DNA of 61,390 nt from Reclinomonas americana ATCC 50394 (GCA_048213135.1 PS015480.1:1-61390); one strand, 5' to 3'. Shown: positions 12,501 through 61,333, numbered from the stretch's first letter. Program-made: numbers and translations. The notes: generated from the letters alone by a model not told the origin.

Positions 12501-12963
12501 GGTGAACGAGTGGATCGACCAGTGCGAGTGTGCTCTTGCCTCTGGCGAGTTTAGGCAGATGGTGGACAAATCGCCTCAGCTATCTCTTGTGCAACTCGGC
12601 TGCGCCATTGCACCACCAATGGCCGATGTGGCGCCGTCGTGTGACATGCTGCGCCGCCTGATCGACGCTCTTGTGTTTGGAGATGCCGATCGCTTGTACC
12701 GGAGCAAACGTCGCCGTCGCTGCTCCAGTCTCGTATCGCCGCTGGTCAGAATGCTGGCGCCGGGTGGCGTCCTGCGTAGTGTCTCGTGTGAGACGCTGCA
12801 CCGGGTGCTGCTTTTCGAGATCTACCACGTGCTGCTGGCCGACAAATTGCAGGCCAGCATGGGAGTGGTGTTACCAGCCGACTTGTGGATGCAGATTGTG
12901 TTGTTTGTTGACGTGACCATCTTTAGCGAGGAGAGTGATGAAGATGATGTGGAGTACTACTAG
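9168..12963 (+). CDS. Ankyrin-repeat protein with C-terminal F-box-like motif, copy 4 (772 aa spliced)
   Basis: Exons 9168..9389, 10574..12160, 12454..12963. Junctions CCG|gtgtgt...acag|CGC and GAG|gtgtgt...gcag|TTG. Closest to copy 3. Confidence 0.88.
9450..9528 (+). repeat. (CT)n microsatellite next to an assembly gap, intron 1 of copy 4
   Basis: Uninterrupted CT dinucleotide run; one of many intronic CT/TG tracts. Confidence 0.95.
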
Positions 12964-13343
12964 TGAGGCTCAAGGTGTCGTAAACACTGCATTCAACATC
13001 TCAAACGATTGCATGCCTCGAGCTCTCAACTGTCAACAATAAATGTACACAGCGCTTGCCGACGACTACAATCACAGCGCGAGGCACATACATGCACAGT
13101 TTCCTCTTCCCTTTCAGGAGGCAAATCCAATTAAAAACGCGTGAGTGTTGGCCTCCAAAGGATTTCGTGGCGCTGCAGTTCGATCGATGTCACGGGTTTG
13201 AGGTCGTCGAAGTCGCTCGTCTCAACAAGACACCTTCTTGCTGCAAAACACAAAACTTGGCGACTTCACAGCATCGCTTCGTTGTTCTGCCTCGCTAAAA
13301 GCTCCTCTTGCTTCTCAGCGACGTCCTCCATCCCTCAATGCAT

Positions 13344-13355
13344 GTCCGCCGGGAC
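13344..13355. promoter_or_regulatory. GTCC-N4-GGAC inverted repeat upstream of copy 5
   Basis: GTCCgccgGGAC, 36 nt before ATG. Confidence 0.45.
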
Positions 13356-13391
13356 ATCCTCTCTCTCCGTCTCTCGGCCTCTCTCCGTCAC

Positions 13392-16300
13392 ATGGCATCA
13401 TCACCACGCGCACCTGCACCGACACCCCCCTCCACCCTCCTCGACGACCTACTCCGCAAGGCCTTTGCCATCAAGGAAACATGCCAACGCGTGTCTTGCA
13501 GAATTTATGAGTCCTCACACCACTACCCGACAACCAATCGTGATGTCAGCGTGTTTGAGAAGGCAGCACAAGTTGCTGCTGGTGAAGAGCCGGCGCCGGC
13601 TCCTCAACATACGATTGTGGTGCGCATCGCTCGACATTCTCTCTTTGCTTATTCGCTCCGCGACTCATACATACACAAAATGCAAGCAGCAGAGACTGGT
13701 TATTTCTAGGGCACACGCGTACGGCCGGCAACCATCAGGTGGACCCGCCGATTTGAGAGAAGCCCGAAAGTTCCTTGCGCCGGCGGTGCGCGGACATTTG
13801 GATGCGACGGTGGCCGGAAATCTGTGGTCGCGTAGCAGCAGCTTCAACGATCGCGAGGTGTTGTGGGTGACTGCAGTAGCGCACTGTGTGTGGATGGCGC
13901 CGGATGATGCCACGGTCGTTGCTCTCCTGCGCATGGTGCCGATGGATTACTTCGAGAAGGTGGCCCAGCACTGTGACTGGTGGGCCATCGCTGCGGTCGT
14001 CACCGGTCGCCTGTCGGTGGTGCTCGATGCGGTGCGCGGTCGAGCCGGCGAACGGAGCCGGGATGGGTATCGCACACTCTCCGAGTCTGCGCTGCTTCAG
14101 TCGGTGATGCCACCGCCGATCGTCGACTATGCGCTGCGGGCGGCTGTGAGCGTCTCCAATGGCCCTGCTGTTCGTTACCTGGGCGGTCTCAGTCTGCAGC
14201 CGGCTGCCGATCCCGAGGACACCAGGTGGACGCTGTTCAAGTGTGTGCGCCATTGCATGATCTGCGGGAAGGATGCCGTCCTCCGCGACCTGCGTGAGTC
14301 GTGGCCGCTGGACGACTTGGAGGCGAGTGCGCGACTCGAGTTGGCAGCCACCATCAACGACGTGGAGACGGTGCGGCGGCTGCTGGGCGAAGGCACCGCC
14401 TACCCTTCCATTTTTGACAACTTGCCGCTGGAGCTGGCGGCGTTTTGTGGCCACACAGAGGTGGTGACTGCGCTGCTCGCCGACGATCGAGTGCACCCGG
14501 AACAGCCGCATAACCTGGCTCTGTTTCACGCGTGCTTGAACGGGCATATGGAGGTTGTATCGTTGCTGCTGGCACGAGACGAGGTCGTTGCGGGCGACGG
14601 CTCCGGATCGGTGTTCACCTCCGACACCTGGGATTCGTTTTTCTACCGCGGAGGGCGATCATGGAAGTCGCCGGATCGGTCGAACGAGGGCGAGGACGTA
14701 GATCTGGATACTCACGTCCATGTATTCGTCTACCACCGTCCTCGCGCTTTTCAGTTCCACCCCAGGAATGACATGCCACGCTTGCCGATCGTTCTCGCCG
14801 TTCGAATGGACGACAGTGAGCTGGCTCGTACGGTGCTGCAAGCGGATTTCCTGCGCCATCCACGCGAGGTGTGTTGGCGGCTGGATGAAGTAGTCAGGCT
14901 GGTCAAGAGCGGCGACTTGCTGCGGGTCATTCTGGAGGATCCGCGGATTGCACAAGGAGGAGTTGTCGACGACGCCGAGCTCGTCCGCTGCACACCACTG
15001 TTGCTGGTACCGTGTCTGCTGGAGTATCCGCGACTTCGGCCGCAAGTGCCCTTCGAGAAACTCGTCGACAGTGTCGCCCACTGCCTTCTCCCAGTGTACG
15101 ATGGGCAGGATTCTTTCGAGTCTGTTCTGTCGGAAGTGCACGTGGAGGCCGAGAGTCGTGGCCAGTGGGCCGAGATTCTCGCGCAGGTATTTGACAAGTG
15201 CATTGAGAAAATCAGTGCGCCGTCAATGCGACTCCTGCTGGCCCAGCCGTACGTGCAGCCGCTGGCCACTCGCGTGTCGGGCCTTTTCGAGTCGGCGATG
15301 AGGGCTGCGATTCTCGCTTCTCGGCTCCATCCGGAGAAGGCAAAACAGCAGGCGCGCACGCCACTGTCGCGACTTTCTGATCCTGCGTGGCTGGCACTGA
15401 TGTGTCTCTCCGGTGTGCCGTTGCCGGAGGTGCGTTGTAAGAAGGATAGGGAGGGAGAGGGGGAGAGGGAGAGGGAGAGGGAGAGGGAAGAAGGGAGAGG
15501 GAAGAAGGGAGAGGGAAGAAGGGAGAGGGAAGAAGGGAGAGGGAAGAGGGAAGAGGGAAGAGGGAAGAGGGACGAGGGAGAGGCAGGGGGAGCGATAGAG
15601 AGGGAGAGAGAGGGAGGGAGAGGGGAAAGGGAGAGGGATGAGGGAAGGCGAGGGAAAAAGAGGAATTGGGAGATCTTGAGCAAGACGGAGGCTCAGTGCG
15701 GAAGAGATTAGAAGAGGAGGGTGAGCGAGAGAGAGAAAGAGAAAATGAAGGCGACAATGCGCTGCTTCCTTGTGTGTCGCCTGGGTGAAGGTCTGTGCAG
15801 CAAGACTTGAGAGGAACAGAGAGCGAGTTGACCTCAAAGTTGCAACGCTTGTCTTTACACTCATACGATGCTTTGTCGTGCGCTGAGATCAGCAGACACA
15901 CGACCCTCCCTCCTTGGCCTCGCTCTTTGTCCACTTCCCGTCATGCCTGTTTCTTCCCGTTTTTCTCTATCTCTCTCGCTCCACTTGCTATTTCCCCCTC
16001 TCCTTCCCTCTCCTCCCTTTCCTCTATCCCTCTTCCCATGTCCACTCCGTGTGCTCTTCCCAAGCCCGTTTACTCCTATTTTCTCTCTCGCTCGCTCTCG
16101 TTCTCTCTCTCACTCTGCCTCTTACTGTCCCCACACTTACTTCCTGTGGCTCCCCCTCTCACTCCCTCCATGTCCTTCTTAGCCTCTCCGTCTTCCCCTT
16201 CCCTCTCTCACTCTCTCTCCCCTTCCATTAGTACCTCTCCCTCTATGCCTCTCCTTCAACCAAAGTCTCTCCCTCTTCCTCTTGCAGTGGCCTCACTCTC

Positions 16301-16929
16301 TTTTTACTCCCCCCTCTCACTCCGTACCTGTCTCTCCCTCTCCGACTTTTACTTCCTCTGTCTCCCCCTTTCCCTTTCTCCTTCCCTCCGTCTCCCTCCG
16401 TCTCACCCCCTCTTATCATCCCACGCAGATGGCCGACACGGAAGACATTTTTTCCTGGTCGCGCACGGAATACGCGGTGATCGAGTGGACCGACCAGTGC
16501 GAGCGCGCTCTCGCCTCCCCCGAGCTGCTGTCGCTGCTGGATGCGGATCGCTCATTGCCGTCACCGTTCCCTCTCGTGCAACTCAGCTACGCCATTGCTC
16601 CACCGACACGTCGTTCGGCGCCTTCGCATCACGTGCTGCGTTGCCTGATTGACACTCTTGTGTTTGGAGATGCCCGTCGCTCCTACCGCAGCAACCACCG
16701 CCGTCGCTGCTCCGATCTCGTGTCACCACTAGTCAGAATGCTCTCGCCGAATGGCGTTATGCGACGTTCCGCGTGGCCAACGCTGCGTCGGGTGCTGCTC
16801 TTCGAGATCTACCATGTGCTGCTGGCCGACAGGTTGCAGGCCAGCATGGGTGTGGTGCTGCCGGCCGGTTTGTGGATGCACATCGTGCTGTTCGTTAACA
16901 TGACACTGTGGCAACAACCCTGCTGGTGA
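13392..16929 (+). CDS. Ankyrin-repeat protein with C-terminal F-box-like motif, copy 5 (~822 aa spliced)
   Basis: Exons 13392..13619, 13690 (or 13693, CAGCAG tandem acceptor)..15429, 16429..16929. First intron is 70 nt. Second intron GAG|gtgcgt...gcag|ATG. Confidence 0.85.
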
Positions 16930-17137
16930 TTCAAGAAGAGGAACAGAGTAAAAGTGACAACTAGAACCATTGCGTTGTCACTGCAGCACCCAGCTTCAAC
17001 ATTCGACGTCGACATGTGCATCGACGTCGAAAATCGAGGGCCTCTTGAATCCAGTGCGACGACGTCGCCGCTCGTAGGCTTGCAACGACACAAAAAACAC
17101 AATGCCTCGTGGCTCTTGCAAGTTTTTCCGACTGCAT

Positions 17138-17149
17138 GTCCCTCAGGAC
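17138..17149. promoter_or_regulatory. GTCC-N4-GGAC inverted repeat upstream of copy 6
   Basis: GTCCctcaGGAC, 30 nt before ATG. Confidence 0.45.
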
Positions 17150-17179
17150 CAGCCTTTCTTGTCGTTTTGTGTGTGTCAC

Positions 17180-20100
17180 ATGGCATCACCATCCACCCTC
17201 CTCGACGACCTACTTCGCAAGGCCGCTGCAATCAAGAGAGCATGTAAACTCTTGAGTTGCACGGACGACACGCTTGTCGAGTATTACGACCACCATTCGA
17301 GTACCAGCAATGATGTGTTGGTGTTTGAGATGGCAGCGCATGTTGCTGCTCGCGCCGAGTCGCCTTATTCACAATTGGAACGGGTGCGTATGTGCTCTTC
17401 AGGCATTCGTGAGTGTGTGTGCGAAGAATGACTCACACGCAGCGCATGCGCAGTTCAACTGTCGCGTGTCGCCGGTCTTGTTGGACGAGGCCAGCGAGGT
17501 TCTTGCGTGGGCCGTGTGCCCGGGCAACACTGCTCCTGTGTCCGCGTGGACGCCCAAGAATGACCGGCTGTGGGTGACTGCATACGCGCACTGTGTGTGG
17601 CTGGCGCCGGAGGAGGCCACAGTGGTGGCGCTGCTGCGCGTGTTGCCGATTACGTTTTTCGAGCAGCTGTCCACGCACTGTCCGTGGTGGCCGATCGCTG
17701 CAGTCGTCACTGGTCGATTGCCGTTGCTGCTCGACGCCGTGCACGCGCGAGCCCTGCTCGCCTCTGCGGATGCTCCGTTGCTGCCGGCGGTCATGACGCA
17801 AACGGCTGTCGACTATGCGCTGCGTGCGGCCGTGAGTTTATCCGATGGCCCTACCATTCGTTTGCTGGGCGGTCTCGGTCTGCCGGCTGCCGATCCCAAG
17901 CTCACCTTGTTGACGCTGTTCAAGTGTGTGCACCACTGTGTGCGATGCAAGAAGGAAGCCGTCCTCAACGACCTCCGTGAGTTGTGGCCGCTGAGCGTCG
18001 CGGAGGCGACTGTGCGACTCGAGATGGCGGCCGCCGACAACGAAGTGGAGAGCGTGCGGCGGCTGCTGGACGAAGGCGTCGCTGACCCGACTATTGCCGA
18101 CAATTTGCCGCTACTGCAGGCGGCGTCTCTAAACCAACCGGAGGTGGCGGCTGCGTTGCTCGCTGACGCGCGAGTGCACCCCGGACAGCCGCACAACTTG
18201 CCTTTGTTGCGTTCGTGCGTGAATGGCAGCGCAAAAGTCTCGTCGCTGTTGCTGGCGCGAGACGAGGTTGTTGCGGAATTCACCGCCGACACCTGGCGTC
18301 TCTTTGGCGGACGAGACCTAGGGTCGCGGTTGCAGCTCTGGTCACATTTTTATAATGACTATGAGGACTATGATGCTGCTGTTGACTTGTCCTTCGTCCA
18401 CTCCGGCCTCAAGTTTCCGCGCCGCAAGAACCCGAGCTTGCCGATTGAGGTGGCCGTGCAAGTGAGCGACCCTGCGCTGGTGCGGACGGTGATGCAGGCG
18501 GACTTCGTGCGTCATCCATGCGAGCTCAGTTGGCAGTTGGACGAGGTAGTCAGTCTGGTCGAGAGCATGGACGTGCTGCGGGCCATTGTGGAAGACCCAC
18601 GATTTGCGGACGGCGGAGTTGTGGACGGCGCCGACTTGGTCCGCTGCACACCACCGCCAGCGGTGGTGTGTCTGTTGGAGTATCCGCGACTTCGGCCGCT
18701 GGTGACTTTCGAGAACCTCGTCAACGGTCTCGCCTATTTCCTTCAGCCTGTCCGCGTGCAGAGCGAGGAGTTGAACGTGGAGCTCAAGTCCGTTCTGTCG
18801 GCAGTACACGCGGAGGCCGAGAGCCGCGGCCAGTGGGCCGATATTCTCACACAGGCATTTGACAAGAGCATCGGCGATATCAACAGGCCGTCAATGCGAC
18901 TTCTGCTGGCTCAGCCGTGTGTGCAGCCGCTCGCCGCTCACGTCTGCAGCTTCTTCCAGTCGGCGATGTGTGACGCGATTCTCCCTGCTCGGCTTCACCA
19001 GGACCAGCAGCGCACCCGGAATACACGATTTGCGGAGGACGCATGGCTGGCGCTGATGTGTCTCGCCGGGGTGCGGTTGCCGGAGGTGTGTAGTCAGGGG
19101 AAAGGGTGAGGGATGGGGGGAGATGAAAGGAGAAGGAAGAGAGAGGAGAGAGGGACAGTGAGAGAAGGGAAACGAGGAGAGCGCAACTAATGGGAAGGAA
19201 GAGAGGGTTGAGGGCTGAGGCATAGAGAGAGAGAGAGTGAAGAGAGGGAAGGGAATTGAAGGAAAATAAGGAGAGCACAAACAACAAGAGCGATGGCAGA
19301 CAAGGAAGTGTGATATTGCGTGAAGCAAGACAAACTGATTGACAGAAGAGAAACACAAGGAAGTCATGAAAACATAGAAGAGGGAGAGAGTGAGAGAGGT
19401 ATAGAAGGAGAAAGAGAAGTAAGTAAGTGCGAAAGAGAGGGAGACTCAGTGACTGAGAGAGGGGGATTGTGATGGTGTCTCCGTTTGCCCTAAGTGTCTC
19501 CGTCTCTGTCTCTTTATGGTCATTTGCCATCTTTCTCTCGCTCTCTGCCTCGTTTTCTGCACCCATGTCCTCCTCTCTCCCCTTCCCTCTCTTTCTCTTT
19601 CGCCCTCTCCTTCTCTCCTTCTCTCCATCTCCCTCTCCCTCTCTTCCTCTTCCTTTTCCCCCTCGCCTTTCCTCTCTCTCTCCTCCTCTCCTTTCCTCTC
19701 TCTTCCCTCTCCCCTCTCCCTATCCGTTTCCCCTCCTCTCCGTCTCACCCCCTCTCGTATCCCGCTCAGAGGACCAAGAGCGATCACGTTTCCTGGTCGT
19801 ACGGAGAGCTCGCGGTGATCGAGTGGACCGACCAGTGCGAGCGCGCTCTCGCCTCCCCCGAGGTGCAGCAGATTGTGGAAGCGGATCGTTCACTGCCGTC
19901 GCCGTTCCCACTCTTGCAACTCAGCATTGCCATTGCTCCGCCGGGACGCACTTTGGCACCCTCGCATGACGTGCTGCGTCGTCTGATCGACATTCTTGTT
20001 CACGGAGATGCCCATCGGTCCTACCGCAGCAACCGTCGCCGTCGGTGCTCCGATCTCGTGTCGCCACTGGCCCGGATGCTGGCTCCCGGTGGCGTCATGC

Positions 20101-20309
20101 GCAATCTTGCGCGAAGAACGCTGCGGCGAGTGCTCCTGTTTGAGATCTACCATATGTTGCTGGCCGACAAGTTGCAGGCCAGCATGGGGGTGGTGCTACC
20201 GGCCGATGTGTGGATGCACATCGTGCTGTTTGTTCGAATGGACCAACGTCGCTTTCGTTTTGCCTCCGGACAGAGCTTCGCAATGTTGAATTTTGGGCGA
20301 AGTGAGTGA
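17180..20309 (+). CDS. Ankyrin-repeat protein with C-terminal F-box-like motif, copy 6 (791 aa spliced)
   Basis: Exons 17180..17383, 17454..19085, 19770..20309. Junctions CGG|gtgcgt...gcag|TTC and GAG|gtgtgt...tcag|AGG. Closest to copy 5. Confidence 0.87.
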
Positions 20310-20444
20310 AAATTAATAGCGAGGGCGATGATCATCGCTTTCAGAGCATAAAGAAGAACCTGTTCCGCATTCGATCCATTCCCTTTTCCCCTTTTCTTCC
20401 ATTGATTGCATTTCATTCTCACCCTTTCCTCCTTTCCCCCACCC

Positions 20445-21571
20445 TCACTCCCCTCCATCTACCTCCACCTCCTCCATCCCCTCCACCTCCCCCGCATCAC
20501 GATCATCCCTCCTCATCACCTTGCACATTGCCTCTCCCTCCACCTCCATCTTTTCACCCCTCTCCCCTTCACCCTCCTCCTCTTCCTCCTCGTCCTCCCC
20601 CTCTTCCTCCTCCTCCTCTCCTTCCCCCTCCCCCTTTTCCTTATCCTCCTCCTTATCCTCCACCTCCACCCTCCTCCACCCGCGCTCCTCGATAAACCTC
20701 TCCAGCCACCTCGCAATCTCCTCCTGCTGATTCTCGCGCGCCCACTGCACCGCGTCGTTCCCATTGTCGGAGCGCACCAGCACGTCGGCCGGTCGATGCT
20801 CGGCCAAAAACTCGACCACCTGTGGGTGACCGTGCGAGGCCGCCACCTGCACCGGTATGCACCCGTCGTCGCGCTTAATGTCGAGCATCAGCGGCCGCCG
20901 CTCCAGAATCCACTTGACGACCTCCAAATGGCCCATCTCGGCCGAGCAGTACAGCGGCGTGGAGAGGAGGGTGGTCTTGGTGTCGAGGAGGCTCTCGTCA
21001 AACGCATGCAGTCGCTGTACGACGTCCAAGTGGCCGCTAAACGCCGCCTGCCACATGGGCGAGAACTCGCCCTCGGCGGTGAGCAGGGCGGCCTGCGCCG
21101 GCCGCACCGACAGCAGCCACTCGACCATCTCCAGCGAGCCCTGCTCGGCGGCCAAGTGCATGAGGCAAAAGCCATCCGGTTCCACCATGCTGTCGAGCAT
21201 GGCCGGCCGCCGCTCCGCCAGCAAATGCGCCACGTCAACGTACCCCTGCCGCACCGCCATGGCCAGCAGCGACCAGCCGTTCTTCACGGGCTTGTCGAGC
21301 AGCTGCGGGTGCGTGTCGCACAACCAGCGCACAATCTCCATCTCGCCGCGCAGCACGGCCTCGCTGAGCGCCGTCGAGCCGTCCGTGGACACCATGTCGA
21401 CGAGCGCCGGACAGCGGTCGACCAGCCACCTGGCCACCTCCAAATGGCCGCCCAGGCACGCCGCATGCAGCGCCGTAAAGCCCGCACTGGTCGTTTGCAG
21501 CAGAAACTCCCCCGGTCGCAACTCGTCGAGGTACTGCAACACCTGCAGGAACCCAAACGCCGCCGTGTCCG
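20445..21571 (-). CDS. Main 3' exon of an ankyrin-repeat protein (~9 repeats) with Glu/Gly-rich acidic tail; 5' exons unresolved
   Basis: Canonical repeats, e.g. GFTALHAACLGGHLEVARWLV, STPLYCSAEMGHLEVVKWIL, CIPVQVAASHGHPQVVEFLA. Acceptor probably lies in the gap 21572-21591. Tentative upstream mini-exons 22967..22951 (ATGAACGAGCTATACGC|gtgagt) and 22745..22728 (cag|...|gtgagt). Confidence 0.85.
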
Positions 21572-21591
21572 NNNNNNNNNNNNNNNNNNNN

Positions 21592-21775
21592 GAGAGGAGA
21601 GGAGAGGAGAAAGAGGAGTGGAGAGGAGTGGAGAGGAGAGGAGAGGAGAAAGAGGAGTGGAGAGGAGTGGAGAGGAGAGGAGAGGAGTGGAGAGGAGAGG
21701 AGAGGAGAGGAGAGGAGAGGAGAGGAGAGGAGAACAGGAGAGGAGAGGAGAGGAGAGGAGAGGAGAGAGAGAGAG
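21592..21775 (+). repeat. (GGAGA)n pentanucleotide satellite, the pyrimidine-rich intron end of the - strand ankyrin gene
   Basis: Tandem gagag/ggaga units with a ~40-bp higher-order duplication. Confidence 0.85.
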
Positions 21776-22382
21776 AAGAATGGAATCGGGAAGGCAAACA
21801 ATAAGATGAAGCGTGACAGACCAACTGAAGGAGAATGACACTGACAAAGTAAGCGAGGCAGCAACACGATAGGAATCTGAGAATCAGAGACAGAGAAAGA
21901 AGAGCGACAGACAGACAAGGAAAAGAGACAAGAGAAAGAACGCACTCAGACAGCGGCAACGAGACAGGGAGACAAAGACAGGAGAGAGTGTGTGTGACAG
22001 TGCGTGAGAGAAAAGACAGGCAGACAGAGAGCGATGAGTGAACAGACGAACAAGACAACGAGAAAGAAGGGCAGGCGAAAGAACACACAGAGACAACGAC
22101 AGTGAGAAACGGAGACAGTTAGGCAAAGAGAGAGAGAGAGAGAGTGACAGTGAGAGAGGGAAAGGAGGACAAACAGAGAGAGAAGGCAGGAAGACAAAGA
22201 AAACAAGTGAGACAGGGAAATAGAGAGAGAGAGAGAGACAGAGAGAGAGAGCAAGGCTGAAAGACAGGCAGACAAGCAGAGAGTGACAGAGAATGACAGA
22301 GAGAAACAGTGGAGAAAAAGAGATGAAGGAAGAGAGAGAGAGAGAGAGAGAGAGGTAGTAAGACGAGACAAGAACAAACGAG

Positions 22383-22422
<40 letters not shown>

Positions 22423-23544
22423 AGGAGGAGAGAGAGAGAGAGAGTAGTAGAAGAGACNNNNNNNNNNNNNNNNNNNNAGAGAGAGAGAGAGAGAGAGAGA
22501 GAGGAGGGTAATAGACAGGCAGACAAACAGACAGTGACAGAGAGTGACAGAGATGACAGAGAGAAACAGTGGAGAGAGAGAGAGAGAGAAAGTTGAAGGA
22601 AGAGACACACAAACACACAGACAGGGAAAGCAAAAGGGAGAAAGACAGAGAGAAGCGCACACAGAAATGAGAAGTGATTTGTCAGGCTGAAATGAGTCGA
22701 GGCTCATCATGACACTCACTCACTCACGTTTCAATGTGCGTTTGTCTGAGTGCAATGAGTAAGTGAGAGAGAAAGAGAAAGAGAAACAGAAAATGTGAGC
22801 GCCGCCCAACTGTGCATTCACTTCTCCGAAAACGCATTGACACAGTGAGAGAGCCAGTGATGCATGCATGAGTTTCTTTCTCTCAGAAAGCGTGCGCGTG
22901 AATGAGAGAAAAAAACAGGATGAGAGAGAGAGAGGGAGGAGATTACTCACGCGTATAGCTCGTTCATGGAAGGCCGCTCTTTCTCACTCACTCGTCACAA
23001 AATCGAACACGCACGAGCGGACACGTGACAGGACAGTAATGTTTGTTGTTGTCGTCGTCGAGTTTGACTACGACCGTCACGTGGACCAACATGGACACTT
23101 CCCTTGCTGTATATGACCTACGCTGAGCAGATGCGTTGAAGATCGTTGACTTCAGTGTCCTGTCACGATCAAAGGTCACTGGCCAGGCTGCCGCTGATAC
23201 CATATGCGAGGCCAACACGCGATTGCTTGCCTTTGCCTCCTGAAAGGGAGGATGAATGTTTGGAGAAGACCATGGTTGTTTGTGTCGTGTTCACTGTCGG
23301 CGCAGTTTGTCGCAATGAAGTGTTTTGTTTGTTTTTCCACGGCATCGCCACTACGTACACAGCACTCGGCAAACGGGAGAGAAGGAAGTCAATGAGTCTT
23401 GGTAGGCCCAATAACTCTCAAAAATGACAGCTGCGATATCGACGCCGAAAACTGGTCGGCGACGTCGCGCAAACAGTTTGAACAAGCCACTTCACATACC
23501 AACACACAATTACTCCTCTCCAAACAGTCATCTTCCCTTTCCGA

Positions 23545-61122
<37,578 letters not shown>

Positions 61123-61134
61123 CTGCGACTGAAA

Positions 61135-61333
61135 AGAGAGGAGAAAGTGTGAGGGGCAATCGAGGAAAAGGGAAAGGGGAAAGGAGGGAAAGGGGAAGGG
61201 GGAAGGGGAAGGGAAGGGGAAGGGAAGGGAAGGGGAAGAGGGAAGAGGGAAGAGGGAAGGGGAAGAGGGAAGGGAGGAAGGAGGAGAGAGGAGGAGAGGA
61301 GGAGAGAGGAGGGAGGAGAGGAGAGGAGTCAAG

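Noticed and set aside
20406-21809. Long + strand ORFs (467 aa, 315 aa) overlapping the ankyrin exon
   Set aside because: Antisense shadows of a GC-rich coding exon.
22988-23427. Short ORFs between the lectin stop and the ankyrin gene
   Set aside because: No recognisable motif; probably UTR or promoter, although 5' exons of the ankyrin gene cannot be excluded.
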